From: Octopus sinensis
Taxonomy: Eukaryota
Length of the DNA: 64,000 bases
NCBI RefSeq assembly: GCF_006345805.1
Contig: NC_042997.1
Span: 162,378,001-162,442,000 of the forward strand
Direction of reading: 5' to 3'
Made by a program: the position numbers and the translations under genes. Below are positions 1-14,197 of this stretch, one piece after another. Within the stretch, counting starts at the first letter, position 1. Each line of letters begins with the position of its first letter. The notes below the pieces were generated by a model. It did not search any database, had not been told where the DNA came from, and was given only the letters and a program-made list of their open reading frames with translations.

Positions 1-429
1 ATGGCAATCAAGAGTGAAAGTTGTATAACTAACAGCTTTTGTTTCTCAGAATAAAAGATTTGTCTTCGTATCCTGTCACTGGTAATGCGTCCTGTTCTCG
101 GACAAAGTATTGAGCTTTTAATGCTCTTGTCTCTAGTTGAAAGTAGGTATCATGATAAGGATGCTTCTATTTATTGGATGAACAATCCTTCTGTGGTAAT
201 GTGAATTACTAGGTTTGATTTATTAGTGCCTGACAAGGGTATGAATAATAACATTGCTATTATAGTTATAGAATATAGCTAACTGTTTTAAAAGCTATAT
301 AATTGAACATAGACTCACATATGTCGAGAATAGGGAGATATCTCTCACACTGAAATCATGAAATATAAGATATCAAATCTCATCACGAAAATATTGTAAA
401 TCTGAAAGATCATCATACACATTTTGTAA

Positions 430-660
430 TGAGGATCAGATTTAGAACAGAATCAGATTAAGATGGACTAAGACGAGGTGTGAAAGTTATTCATTAAGAT
501 TATTTTGAAACTACATAAGAAATTAAAGCAAGGCAAAACACCTCTTTGATAGATTGAAGTAAGGTTAGGTATATGATGGATATCAAAAATTTTTTTGCCA
601 CAAGGATTGCCCGAGAATTAGATATCCTTCAAGGAAAATTAGTCGCAATGGCTGTCCTAA
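430..660 (+). mobile_element. Possible CR1-like LINE 3' remnant
   Basis: DIKNFFATRIARELDILQGKLV resembles the CR1 C-terminal DIRKNFFS.RV..W..LP. Confidence 0.3.
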
Positions 661-1248
661 AAAGATAAGAATTTATAATTGACTTGAGATGCATAGAGCC
701 AGAGATCAACATCTGTCACAGTCTTGATTCAGCGGAAGCTAACTTTTAGCATTTGGTGCTCATCAGCAAAGAAAAAAAATACATGCATAAAAGAATAGAA
801 AATATCAAAATACTATGAACAGATTTTTACTTTTAGCTAAGACATAGTATAAGCTATGCGTGTTTTTTTTTAAGACGGAACTGTTTAACTTATAACGCAT
901 CGATATGAAAAGAAAAATATTTGCGAATAAAAAAGCAGTAAAAAAGAAAGAAGGGGTGAGAGAGAAAGAGAGGGAGACGAAAAAAAAAAAAGAAAACTTT
1001 AGTTGTCTCTTTAGAACAGCCTGCTATAGGATTCGTCAGTGAGCTCTCATATTAAATAGTTTAAATCATAAAAGTCGTTGCTTGTTTCGATATCCTTATG
1101 TTATGTTAATACACATCGTGGACAATATGCTACTAGTGAATTTAATTCAAAGTTAAAATTTTCAAGCATGTATATAAGCTATAGGTGCACATAAAAAATA
1201 AAACGTAAAAAGAAAGGAGTAGAACAATGAGAATTTCCTCCAGATATA

Positions 1249-1712
1249 CAGTTATACCTCACTTCACGAGGACCGGCTTTACGACACTCCGAGATTACGA
1301 GTTTTATTTTTCAAGCACAAGATCCAAGTTCTGAACGAAGTTCAAAAGTTTCCAGTGCCATAACAAATGCTTCTGCGTGGTACCGAAAAATTTATAGTGA
1401 GCGAAAGAGAGCTTCTAAGCAAACAACTCTAGACTGGTTTTTCAAAAAGAAATCTACAAGTCCGTCTAGGAGTACATGTAAATCGGCGATCGCGTCTTCA
1501 AGTGATGGTCTGCGCGAGTCTAGTGCTAGAGGAAGTGATTCAGAAAACGATTATAATAATAATATTTTTTTTATTATAAATGATCTTGACCATATTGTTT
1601 ACTTCACATAAAATAGTCTTAAAATTCTACTGTTGTTTTATTGCCATTTATTTACGAGTATCATAAATTTTATAGATGAAATATTCATATGATTTATATC
1701 GAGGGATTACTG
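1249..1712 (+). mobile_element. Tigger/pogo-like non-autonomous element
   Basis: TA|CAGTTATACCTC...GAGGGATTACTG|TA; contains KQTTLDWFFKK, like pogo/Tigger transposase C-termini. Confidence 0.8.
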
Positions 1713-1899
1713 TATATCATTGCTCTAACCTTGATTTATTTTTCTCTTTGGTATGTATCATGACAGGAATGTATGCATTTATGTACGAATTTATACATAC
1801 ATAGATACATACATACACACATGCATACATAATTACATACATGCATGCATCTGTGTATGTGTGAGCGAGCGCGTGTCTGTCTGTATGTATATATGTATG

Positions 1900-2070
1900 T
1901 ATACGTACAGCTTTGTATGTTTTGCTTTATGTATGTCATCTCATGCATATACTTGCATATTTAGACATGCTAAACCTCTGAAAAGTTTTACAGATTTTTA
2001 CAGTTTCAGTGATGGCTTGGATCTGTAGTCTTCAAATCAGCTTTCTCCTTCCTGGTTTTCTGAAGATTAG
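1900..2070 (-). mobile_element. Short 3' fragment of the same R4/Dong-like family
   Basis: Similar to 25290-25450, including the 3'UTR; (TATG)n on both sides. Confidence 0.7.
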
Positions 2071-2602
2071 TATGTATGTATGTATGTATGTATTTATGTA
2101 TGTATGTATGTATGTATGTATGTATGTATGTATGTATGTATGTATGTATGTATATATGCATGTATGTATATATGTATGTATGTATGGATGGATGGATGTA
2201 AGCAAGCATGCATGCATGTATGTATGTGTGTATGTATGTATGTATATATGAGTGCAATAATATGTATATATTATAGCTTGCGTAATTCTATAAGAAGTTG
2301 TAAGCGTAGATGTAATTTTAGTTGTGTGAGTAGTGTTGCGTATGCAACTATAAGTGTAGTTGGTTTCTTTATTTTGTGTGTATAATTGTATGTGTAAAAA
2401 TGCCTATGACTTTGCATCTGTAGTTTTATGTATTATTACATGTTATTGTATCCGTAGTTTTATCTTTACTATGTGCAAACTGCATGTGTATCTTATGTTA
2501 ATGTATATATAACTATAAGTGTATGTGTAAAAATTCAGGGACATTTTAACAAACTCTTAGTGATAAACCCTCCGATGTCTTTTTTCTTTACTTGTCTAAT
2601 GT

Positions 2603-2930
2603 GAAGGCACAGGGCTTATTGGTTTGGGTATTCGGCTCACAGTCATAAGGTCGTGAGTTCGATTCCTGACAGCGCATTATGGACTTGAGCTAGACACTTT
2701 ATCTGGCGTTGCTCCAGCCAACTCGTTTGACAAAGATGAGTTGTACCTCTAATTCAAAGGGCCAGTCTTGTCACATTCTGTGTCACGCTGGATCTTCCTG
2801 AGAACTAATGTTAAAGATACGCCTATCTGTGAAATATCCAGACACTTGAACATTAATTTCACAAACAGGTTGTTCCGTTGATCGGATCAACAAAAACACT
2901 TGCCGTCGTAACTGACGGAATGCCAGTTAT
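2603..2930 (+). mobile_element. tRNA-derived SINE, family C
   Basis: GGTCGTGAGTTCGATTCC B-box; aligns with the reverse complement of 49300-49610. Confidence 0.75.
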
Positions 2931-3566
2931 CTACAAAGCCAAGACCTTCAACATACATTACATATATTTTCAGTCATTATATACCCCACATTTAATGAAT
3001 ATAATACATGTAACAAAGCCTACATTTACACCTATCCGATATATTTCATAAACAGAAATTGTTCAGGAATTTACAAATGAATATTACATTCAAGGTTTAC
3101 ATATATGATTCAATAATAGTATGTCCACTAATGATTATAAAGTCATCATTATGTTGATGAGATACTGTGGGATCTCTAACTTTAAATTTGACTCAAGGAA
3201 AACATTGATAACAATATATTGAAGATGGTCTCAAACAATTATGATTAACAATTTTAAAAAGTGTGTGTGTGTGTGTGTGCGCGCATGCATGTGTTTGAGT
3301 GCTTGTGCACAAGCATATACAGACGTGTGCATGTGTATGTATATGTATATGTATATGCATATGTATATGAGTATATATATACATACACACACACACATAT
3401 ATATATATATACATACGCACACACATACATATATATATATATAAATATATATTTTAGGTATGGTTGATGAGTTCAGCAAAAGTTTAGATTCAGATGAATA
3501 TGGTACTTAAGTTGAGGCACCAGAATTTAGTACAATATTATCCATACAATTTAATAATATATATAT

Positions 3567-3617
<51 letters not shown>

Positions 3618-3648
3618 TATATATATAAATGTATAAATGTATACATAC

Positions 3649-3728
<80 letters not shown>

Positions 3729-4124
3729 ATATACGTATATATATATACACATATACATGTTTACATAATATATGTATGCGTGTGTGTGTTTAGATGCGTG
3801 TATATTTGCACGTGTGTGCATAGGATATATACATGCATGTATATATGCACACATAGCTGAGAGATTAAGAAAGCGGCTTTGCAATCTCCAGTCCGTTACA
3901 TGGCATCCGGGGCATGTGTCTTTAACCATCGCTCTCCGAGTCGACCAAAGCCTGGCGTGTGTCAAACTGACTAAACGAAAACTGCGAATGTCTCTGTGAT
4001 GGATTGTACTTATAATTCAAAAGCGTAGTCCTTTCACAAACTGTGTAACGTTGATTTTTCCCGAGGATTATTTTAAGGAAACAAATGTCTGTCGAATACA
4101 CAGTCTTCTCATGAATTTCCCGGA

Positions 4125-4456
4125 CAGAGGACATGGCTGTATGGTTAAGAAGTACACTTTGCAGCCACATAATTTCGGGTTCAGCCTCACAATACGACAC
4201 CTTGGGTAAGTGTCTTCTGCTTCAGTCCCGGACCGACTAATGTCTTCTGAGGAAATTTGGCAGAACAGAAACAGTGTGAAAGCCAATCGTCTATGTGTGT
4301 GTGTGTGGTGTGTGTGTGTATGTGTGTGTGTGTGAGTGTGTGTATCTTTTATCTGTTACTTGCTTTAGTCATTAGATTGCAGCCATGCGGGAGTACCGTA
4401 TTCCACAATTTTTAGTTGAGTGAATGAACGCCAGTTCTTTTTTTATATGTATTGTA

Positions 4457-4499
<43 letters not shown>

Positions 4500-4502
4500 G
4501 CT

Positions 4503-4534
<32 letters not shown>

Positions 4535-4810
4535 TGTATGTATGTATGTATGTATTTATGTATGTATGTACGTACGTATGTATGTATGTATGTATGTATG
4601 TATGTATGTATGTGTATATGTTTTTGAGTTTATTTTTCCCACCACTTGACAACAGGTGTTAGTTACTTTGCGGTTCGGCAAAAGTAACCGACAGAATAAA
4701 TACCAAACGTTAAAAAACTAATCACTGGAGTCGATTTGTTTGACAAAACCTGTCAAACCGGTGCCCCAGCATACCCACATTCCAGTGACTGAAACAAGAG
4801 ATAAAAGATA
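4125..4810 (+). mobile_element. SINE family B, older copy with microsatellite expansion
   Basis: Head 4125-4290, tail 4625-4810. Further partial copies at about 3800-3990(+), 42990-43155(-), 44630-44810(+), 50930-51190(-), 57490-57670(-). Confidence 0.7.
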
Positions 4811-5430
4811 AAATTGTAAACAGGTGAGTTGATCGAATAACTGGTATACTCATCCTCGAAACCGACGCAGATCCATAATTTTTCTTAGAAAACAAGTCTG
4901 TTCTTCCAAAGATATTTTTATATTGGTTCACCAAATAAAAATGTTTCAGTAACTAGTCTCTAAGAAATTGTACAGAAAGGAAAGTTAAAAGCATGAACAA
5001 ATCTTGATGATATTAAGAAATGTTTTACCTTCAGGAAAAATGGCAGATACGTTGCTGTTGGTCGGCTTTCAACGGTAAACTCGATTTGTATAATGCACAG
5101 GACGCATTATATACCCGATGAAAAGAGATGCTCAATCTGGGTTACAACTTAATTTCACTCTCATTAACGCATTTAGAAATATACTTCATTAACGGAGAGG
5201 TCAGGAATATCAAGTAGAGTTTATCCCTAATCGACAAACCAAAGCGATTTTAGAGGCTCGTCTGTAATTATCATTAAGATTATTTCGTGTGACTAATTTA
5301 CGCATGTAGAATGGTTTAAATCTTTCTTAGAACGGAATGTGCTTTGGTATTTTTAATAAAAACAATTGAGCGTTGTTTGTTTTTTTTTTCTTTTCAGTTC
5401 TGTGGTTATATAATTTTAGAACAGGATTTC

Positions 5431-5544
5431 GATAATGATGATGGTAATGTTGTTGTTGATGATGATGATGATGATGATAATGATGATGATGATGATGAGG
5501 AGGAGGAGGAGGAGGAGGAGGGTGATGATGATGATGACGACGAC

Positions 5545-5597
<53 letters not shown>

Positions 5598-5598
5598 C

Positions 5599-5633
<35 letters not shown>

Positions 5634-5634
5634 C

Positions 5635-5666
<32 letters not shown>

Positions 5667-5790
5667 CGGTGGTGGTGGTGGTGATGCTGGTGATGCTGAC
5701 AGTCGTCATTGCCATCCATTAATCATTAATCCCCTACTAATCATTAATCATTATTATTATCACCATCGTCATCATCATCGCCGACACGAT
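5431..5790. repeat. Compound (GAT)n/(GAG)n/(GGT)n microsatellite
   Basis: Seen directly; source of the poly-D, poly-H and poly-M ORFs. Confidence 0.95.
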
Positions 5791-6249
5791 CACTCAACAT
5801 CTCCACCGTCATAACCGTGCGTACCGCTAACAAATTTCCCGTAAATTTCCCTTCTTGATTCCATTAGTGTCCCCTCTACAAACATAGTCGCCAGTTACGA
5901 AAACTCTTCGAGACCAGCAAGGAAACATTTACGTGGTCGTTCGATCTGCTGAAAATATTTACCAAATCTCCCCCAAATCATACACCGCACCGTTTTAAAA
6001 TTGGCAGGGCACATGAAATAATGTAGCTCTAGAAACATTGAATAAGAGACTGAATGGTCACGGCTGGAATGTCTTTGACCATAATTGGGATTAAACAGTA
6101 ACACCTTGACTGCTCCAATCTCACTTTCTCACTATCTGTCTGTCTGTCTCTGTCTGTCTGTCTGTCTGTATCTCTCTCTCTCTCATTCTTAATCTCCCAA
6201 CAATAATATCCAGGTCTCTGCAAACACGCTGCAATGCGTGATATGCCCC

Positions 6250-6900
6250 AAATACAATCTATTTCAATTTGCCAACTACTCACCTGTCGTTCTAATTTCC
6301 AACATTTTAAGGGTAATACCAGTAATTATTAACAAGCGCTACCTTTCAGTACTTTGAATATCTCTCTTGCCTCAATAATTACTAATGTGGCTTCCGTTGT
6401 GCTAAATCTACGAGGGACTTGCTTTTTTACGTCACATACTAATGATCCTTCACCCTTGTAAACTTTAGAAAAGCAATGTAGTCGGACCTGACAGCAACAA
6501 AAGGCTTTTCTTTCAGATCATATCTGGAAGAAAAGCAACCTCAATCGTCTTTTAATCATTTTGTTCAAAGTTCCCCATCAGAATGCCTTTTGCTATTTAT
6601 TTCTACGTGGTTCTACGCAACTCACATCCTGTCACTATTGGTGGTGACCTAAGATTCAGTTATCTCTCATCGTTTTATTTTCTTCACATTAATGATCCCT
6701 TGCTATTACTTCAAACCTTTCGCGCGTAAGCGTCATTTACATTGAATCTAAACATATAATACTGATAAGAACAATGAGGACTTAAAACAAGTCCAAAGAC
6801 CCATTTACAATATATTTTAAGGAAATACAGTTGCACCTCACACTAAAAGTTGCTATCAATGCTAGAACTTAGAATCTGTTATAACATTCTTGGTGAACCC
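6250..6900 (+). mobile_element. CR1-like LINE RT fragment
   Basis: NYSPVVLIS (NYRPISL), CGFRCAKSTRDL (GFR..RST.D), and FFHIND region. Confidence 0.5.
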
Positions 6901-7222
6901 ACATTTATGTGACAGCTCTGCTATTACACAATCACACAGCTACCCCGGACTCACCCTAAAAGACGTTCGTTCCACTGATTGACAATAAAATGTTATCGAC
7001 TCAGCAGTCAATGACTCTCAGACTTATAGTTTCCTCCCTTCACTTTAGAAATACCCTACAATCTTGGTGTATTGCAAAACTTGGCTTTACTTGGAACTGC
7101 ACGCATACTACGTAATGTCCGTCTGAGGTCTTTGTTGTAACTTGACAGACAGTACAAGCCCCCGGCACATACAATATCCTCAATCTACAACATCACAATT
7201 TTGGATACTCTGCGAAGTCTTC

Positions 7223-7653
<431 letters not shown>

Positions 7654-7671
7654 AATAATAATAATAACAAT

Positions 7672-8200
7672 AATGAAATTCTGAAATGCATCAGCACAAA
7701 CAACATCACAGAAACAGATAATTTGATCAAGGCAGCAAGCATTGTTCTAGCAGAAAATGTAGGTGTCGATGTCAAGAAAAAGAAACATAATGGGAGTGAC
7801 AAAAGAAAAGATCCATGGTGGAAAAGAAGAATCCAGGCAGGGTTAGACATGTTCCCGAAGGAAATCTCTGTGTTAGACCGAAAAGAGAAAGTGGCGTTTC
7901 AAAGCGAACAAAAATACAGTACGCTGAAAAGGAAGTATAATATTGAAAGAAAGCGCCTGAAAGTAGTAGTGGAGGAACTGAAACAGCGTCTCGTTGCAAA
8001 GAAAGCAAAGATGGTAAGATACGACCAAAGAATGAAGGGTTACCGCCAGAATAGGTTATTCAGAGTAGATCAGAAGAGATTCTATAAAGAAATAAATGGA
8101 GGGTGTGCAGATGAAAAGTTGATACCAGTTAACAATGAAAGTCAAAGGTTTTGGAGTGACATCTGGAGCAAAGACAAGGAGCGCAAGAAGGACAACAACA
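7672..8200 (+). mobile_element. R4/Dong-like ORF fragment upstream of the RT
   Basis: PWWKRRIQ...LKQRLVAKKAKMVRYDQRMKGYRQNRLFRVDQKRFYKEI...FWSDIW; starts at (TAA)n, ends at (AAG)40. Confidence 0.8.
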
Positions 8201-8202
8201 GC

Positions 8203-8322
8203 AAGAAGAAGAAGAAGAAGAAGAAGAAGAAGAAGAAGAAGAAGAAGAAGAAGAAGAAGAAGAAGAAGAAGAAGAAGAAGAAGAAGAAGAAGAAGAAGAA
8301 GAAGAAGAAGAAGAAGAAGAAG
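8203..8322. repeat. (AAG)40 microsatellite
   Basis: Seen directly. Confidence 0.97.
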
Positions 8323-9330
8323 GAGACTATTAACAATATGCTGAAGTCATTACCCCAAAGCAGACACAAACAGATTATATCTACCCCGGCGAGAGGGATG
8401 TCGCAACCTGACACAAATAGAGAATTACTATGACATTGGATTATACATAAGGAGGCGAGAATATAGAAAATAGAAACAAACTACATTGAAACACTGATTT
8501 CAGTTGACAACACAGCAGAAATGGTCAAGGAGACAAAAAAAATAACAGGAAAGCAGAACCATAAAAAATATACTAAAGAAGAAATGGAAATAAAAATCAT
8601 TCCATGGCCAATACCTTGCAAGGGGTGACATAGAAGTGAACCTAAGTAAAAGTCAACAATAGTTCAAAAGCTCTGGGCTAAGATCAAAAACAGGACTGAT
8701 TATCGTTGCATAATACCAAGCCTGATCACTATCAATTATAAAAGCAAAATAAGCCCTTACACCAAATGCAAAATGTGCAAACTGCACATTGAGAAACGTC
8801 ATCTTTGGATGTCCAGTCCAAGCCAAATAGACATAAGCGAGTAAATAGTTATATACACTAAGCAATGTGCCAACACTACGACATAAGCACTAACGAGAAA
8901 TGGTATAAACATATACCAAACAAGGTACATGACAACAACCAGACCATTGGATATGCCTGTTCAAACGGGCAAAGAAATCAAAAATAATCGCCCAGATATA
9001 ATTAAGGATTATTATTACAATACCAGTAATAACTGGGGCATTGCGTATGACAAAAATGACACATGAACAAAAACGTAGACGCTATAACTGGACCCTCAAA
9101 TCTACACACTATCCCCCCAAAAAACAGTCCTGCTAGAAACAGCCCACATCCTACGCAAGACACTATCAAATAAATAGTACAACCCATAAAAAATAATCCC
9201 CAAACACAAGACCCACTCTATACTGTAAATATATATTAAATAAATAACCCTCACAATATGTTCGCTACAGTCGGATAACAACCTGCATTACACACACAAC
9301 ACAATACTGTCAATAATACAAAAAGACTGC
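8323..9330 (+). mobile_element. R4/Dong-like C-terminal half with 3'UTR
   Basis: HYPKADTNRLYLP, CKMC knuckle, WYKHIP, NNRPDII, QKTVLLETAHILRKTL. Confidence 0.75.
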
Positions 9331-9450
9331 AACCAGACCTTATAACAAAACAAACTGATTCAGTGCAATTCTGGGAAGAGTTTGCGCTCCCCCTCCCCCA
9401 AGTAACACAATGCTGCACGCACCCCAGTAACACAGAGGTATAGCTGGCAA

Positions 9451-9686
9451 ATATTAAGGCGGCGAGCTGGCAGAAACGTTAGCACGCCGGGCGAAATGCT
9501 TAGCGGTATTTTGTCTGCGTTACGTTGTGAGTTCAAATTCTGCCGAGGTCGACTTTGTCTTTCATCCTTTCGGGGTCGATGAATAAAGTACCAGTTACGC
9601 ACTGGGGTCGATGTAATCGACTTTATACCTATGTCTGTCCTTGTTTGTCCCCTCTGTGTTTAGCCCCTTGTGGGTAATAAAGAAAT
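9451..9686 (+). mobile_element. tRNA-derived SINE, family A (tail type 1)
   Basis: A-box-like GGCGAGCTGGCAGAA, B-box-like GAGTTCAAATTC; 15-bp TSD AGGTATAGCTGGCAA (9436-9450 and 9687-9701). Confidence 0.9.
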
Positions 9687-9736
9687 AGGTATAGCTGGCA
9701 ATGCAGTAGAAATCTGCCCGAAACTATCAAATGTCG

Positions 9737-9779
<43 letters not shown>

Positions 9780-9900
9780 GCCATCATCATCACCGTCGTC
9801 GTCGTTTAACGTCTGCTTTTCATGCTGGCATGGGTTGGACGGTTTGACTGAGGGCTGGCGTATAATAATAATAATAATAATAATAAATACATAAATAAAT

Positions 9901-10418
9901 GCCCTGATGCAGTGCCAGGCAGTGGCTCTCATCGCTTCTGATCGTAAATGAATAGAAGTGTTACGTACATTGTTTTGGTATAAAAGATGGGCTACAACAA
10001 ATATTCTGCTCAATACCACAGATTTGCTTGTCAGTTACTTGACCATAACCAGTTGAGCATGTTCCCAAGTGGCTGACAATATGTGCATCTCTGATCACGA
10101 GCAGAAATAGCGAGGGAGCATCATGATCAAGTGTTGAGAGGAATTCTTTGGGGTTTGGATAATTCACCTTTGGAAACATGAGTGTTTTGTTCAACATCTT
10201 TAAACGACCGTTATTCAGGGACCTTTTGAGCGGGATGGGCTACTCGACCTGAAGAAAATTCTAACTGGGCCCCATCTGCAAGGTCATGCGCTGTTTATCT
10301 TGATATGAGATCACTATGTCGTGCACATATGATAGTAATGCATGCGTCTGGTGTACCCTTATCACTCATGATGGGCTTCGTATATTTTACCCCTGTGTCA
10401 CTTTGATGGCACGCACTG
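9901..10418 (+). repeat. Interspersed repeat starting GCCCTGAT after a TAA/TAAA-rich run
   Basis: 3' part aligns closely with 7361-7653. Confidence 0.8.
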
Positions 10419-10419
10419 G

Positions 10420-10471
10420 TAGAACTTTAACTTTCAGTCTGACAGGGTAATAGAAGCTAGAAGGCCTGATT

Positions 10472-10534
<63 letters not shown>

Positions 10535-10830
10535 AAGATAAGGAGAATAGAAAGTGCCAGATAATTAGCTTTACAGTCCCAAAGGATAAAAAAATTAATA
10601 TGAGAAGTATAGAAAAGATAGCAAAGTACCAGGACCCAGTTATTGAGTTACATAGACTCCGGAAAGTGTGGGTTAAATGTATCCAAGTAGTTATAGGTGC
10701 ATTGGGAACTACCCCTAAAGATCTGAACAGATGGAGGAAATAGGCATATAAAACCCAGTTTAGTACAGCTGCAGAAAGCAGTGTTTTTCAGAAGAGCTAG
10801 TGTACTTAGGAAGGGCTCTTGACATCTAAG
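10420..10830 (+). mobile_element. R4/Dong-like REL endonuclease fragment
   Basis: FQSDRVIEARRPDL(V)20EDKENRKC...EKIAKYQD...VVIGALGT...QLQKAV. Confidence 0.8.
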
Positions 10831-11009
10831 GTTACTTGCTGTAACCCAATAGGAGGGTTCTTAGCATCTAATGCTACTTGCTATAGCCCGCTGATAGGAT
10901 TCTTTTCTTTTCCAACAGTCTAATCTGTTCAGTGTATATGAATAATAATGATAATGAGAAGAATAAGAATAACAACAACAACAACAACAACAACAATAAT
11001 AATAATAAT

Positions 11010-11190
11010 AATAATGATAATAATCAAATGTATGGACGGGCTAGTGATACCCTAGTTGGAGGTTATTAAGCAGATGGAAGAGAAGGGCTATAAGTACTTG
11101 GAGAAACTGAAAATGAATAAATCGATGGAGAAAGAAATGACATAAAAAACTTGCGCAGACTGAGACTGATTCTTAAGCAGGAGTACGGCT
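11010..11190 (+). mobile_element. R4/Dong-like RT-thumb fragment
   Basis: KQMEEKGYKYLE...EKEM...RLRLILK after an (AAT)/(CAA) run. Confidence 0.5.
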
Positions 11191-11463
11191 GGACATTTAT
11201 TTTTTAATCACTACAATTGTTTCCACGCAACGTACAAATACACGTTGGTTCACATATTCTCCTATATAGTACTAATACTCGGAAACATACATACACACAA
11301 ACGCACACGCACACACACAACACACACACACACACATATATATATATACATATATACGTATATATACACATGCACATATATACGGATATGTACACGCACT
11401 CACATGCATACACACACTTAGACACACACACATACATACATAATACATACATACATACATACA

Positions 11464-11499
<36 letters not shown>

Positions 11500-11502
11500 T
11501 GC

Positions 11503-11533
<31 letters not shown>

Positions 11534-11534
11534 A

Positions 11535-11900
<366 letters not shown>

Positions 11901-11965
11901 TCTGTTATATGTAATTTTCTAGATGGTGTAATTTAATTGTTAATTTTGAATTGATAAAAGGTGTT

Positions 11966-12000
11966 GTTTCCGACGAAGAGCTCCGCTCGAAACGTTACAC
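11966..12000 (+). ncRNA. Minimal hammerhead-like motif, core CCGACGA, in PLE terminal-repeat fragment
   Basis: guuu-CCGACGA-a-gagc-ucc-gcuc-GAAA-cguu-acac; stem I partly mismatched. Confidence 0.5.
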
Positions 12001-12169
12001 CCTCCTTCTTCCCTTCTTTCCTGAGCGTCCAATAATACTTTATTTGTTCCACGTCCTCGCCTTGCTGTGTTTTTTTGTGTTTTCTTGTTTGGATTAACAA
12101 TATATATATACTTATGCCGGTACATACAGCCATGCGTTGTAAACAAGCGAACAGGCACGCATACTTATA

Positions 12170-12900
12170 TATAGGGAAATACAACCCGGCACACGCCCAT
12201 ATGGACAGGGGGAGGGGAGAGAGTACATTGAATTATTATTATTATTATTTCAGTGTGTTGAATCTTGAAAGTACATATTTGGCGCAGTGACAACATCTCG
12301 GTATTTCCTCACTATGCATGTTTACCAAGTTTTCGTTACTTAACAGGATGCACAAGGCTTACTCAAAGCACAAGTCACATAGTATATTATATTATATTGT
12401 ATATTATATGGGTGTGACGGATAGTATATTATATGGGTGTGCATATTTAAAATATTGACCATTCTATTTCGTATTCAATTTTCGTATTTATTTTAATCTC
12501 TATATTAGGTCCGCTAGTGATGTTGCGTATCAGCGGCTTATCTTTCAAAACGAAGAGATATGGTTGCGATAACGGACCTTAAATTGTTTTTCGGAGGCTC
12601 CTACGTATGCATATTTAGGTTGTGGTGTAATGATTGTGCATCTGTATATGATATTCTTTTGCATGCATTGGTTCCTGAACGGACATGCAGATTTCTTGCG
12701 ACAGCTGCAATTATTTGCACTATTGTTATTTTAAAAATTATTTGGTAACATTTTGTTTTTGTTTATGTGATGTTCCGGCTGCATCACGCCAAATATGCAT
12801 TTTCAAGATACAGCATAGTGAAATAATAATCATAGTTCAGTGAACTCTCTCCACTTCTCCTCCCCATCCATGTGTGCGTGTGTCGGGTTGTATTTCTATA
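12170..12900. mobile_element. MITE-like element with about 120-bp imperfect TIRs
   Basis: 12170-12290 and 12785-12900 are inverted copies (GAAATACAACCCG...TCTTGAAA.T.CATATTTGGCG); sits in TA-rich sequence. Confidence 0.6.
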
Positions 12901-13136
12901 TATATACGTATGCGTGTTTATTATGCATGAATGTATGTACCTATATAAGTAAAAAAAATTAATGTGTGCGTGTGTGTATACACACACGAGCATCTAGGTA
13001 TGTATATGCGTGCGAGTCTATATATGTACATATAATTGCACATGGGTCTGTATGTGAGTGCACATACATATCCGTGTATGAGTGCGTGAGTATATAAACA
13101 TGTATATGTATATATGTATATGGGTGTGTATATGTA

Positions 13137-13930
13137 CCAGGTCTGATCAAAAGGTATCCGGATTGTTGCCACAGTAACGAAGCTACAGCATGCAGAGTGA
13201 AGCCTCTTTGCACAGATTGACCTTGAACTCTGCTGTGCATGCGCACTAAGTTTTAACGTTTTAGCTCACTTCCGCTGTTTATAGCAGTGCTTGGAAAGAA
13301 GTTGTGTAGCGTGTGATCGTAGCATTGACCATGACAGAGAAAGTTGTCGTGGTGATATCTGCTCAGAGGCCTATGCAAAGTTGCAGAAAGTGTATAGAGA
13401 GACTGTATAAGCCACACACAAGTGTACGAGTGGTTCAATCCTTTCCAAGATGGCCGAAAAAATGTCGATAATGACGAACGTTCTGGGAGACCTGCAACCA
13501 GTAGAACTGAGAAAAACATCGCAGGGGAAATCATCGAATCACTATCAGTGAGTTATCAGAGGATGTGTAGATTAGTTACGGGTCAGTCCATATTCACTGA
13601 AGATTTGGGTATGAGATGCGTGTCTGCCAAGTTTGCACTAAAAGGACATTTCGGTTCAGTTGTACAAGATCTCTTTGATTGTGTCGAGAATAATGAGAAC
13701 ATTTTGAAAACTCTGTGTAGGCCTCTGAGCAGGTATCGCCAAGCTTTTAGCAAAATTTGCTGCAGATTCTCAGCTCAACTTTCTTTGTACACAACGGAAG
13801 TAATTTAGAACGTTACAACTTAGTGTCCATGCACAGCAGAGTTCAAGGTCAGTTGTGCCTAGTGGCTTCACTCTGTGAGCTTTAGCTTCATTACTATAAC
13901 AACAGTCCGGATACTTATTGATCAGACCAG
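13137..13930 (+). mobile_element. Internally deleted mariner with about 130-bp inverted ends
   Basis: Termini CCAGGTCTGATCAAAAGGTATCCGG and CTGGTCTGATCAATAAGTATCCGG (reverse complement); TA flanks; YEWFNPFQDGRKNVDNDERSGRP HTH remnant. Confidence 0.88.
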
Positions 13931-13936
13931 TACGTA

Positions 13937-13981
<45 letters not shown>

Positions 13982-14162
13982 CATGTATTTGTATACATAC
14001 ACATATATATGTATATGTATACATATATGTGTGTATATGTATATATGTATATGTGTGTGAATATAAAGTTAATCCGAACAAGAAAGCACAAAAAAACACA
14101 ACGCGAGGACGTGGAACAAATATAGTATTATTGGACGCTAAGGAAAGAAGGAAAGAAGGAGG

Positions 14163-14197
14163 GCTTAACGTTTCGAGCGGAGCTCTTCGTCGGAAAC
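14163..14197 (-). ncRNA. Minimal hammerhead-like motif, core CCGACGA
   Basis: guuu-CCGACGA-a-gagc-ucc-gcuc-GAAA-cguu-aagc; stem I guuu/aagc pairs. Confidence 0.6.

Noticed and set aside
1736-5814. Many ORFs of YIYI, VCVC, MYVC, poly-H, poly-D or poly-M type, here and throughout the window
   Set aside because: Translations of (TA)n, (TG)n, (TATG)n and (GAT)n microsatellites; no coding evidence.
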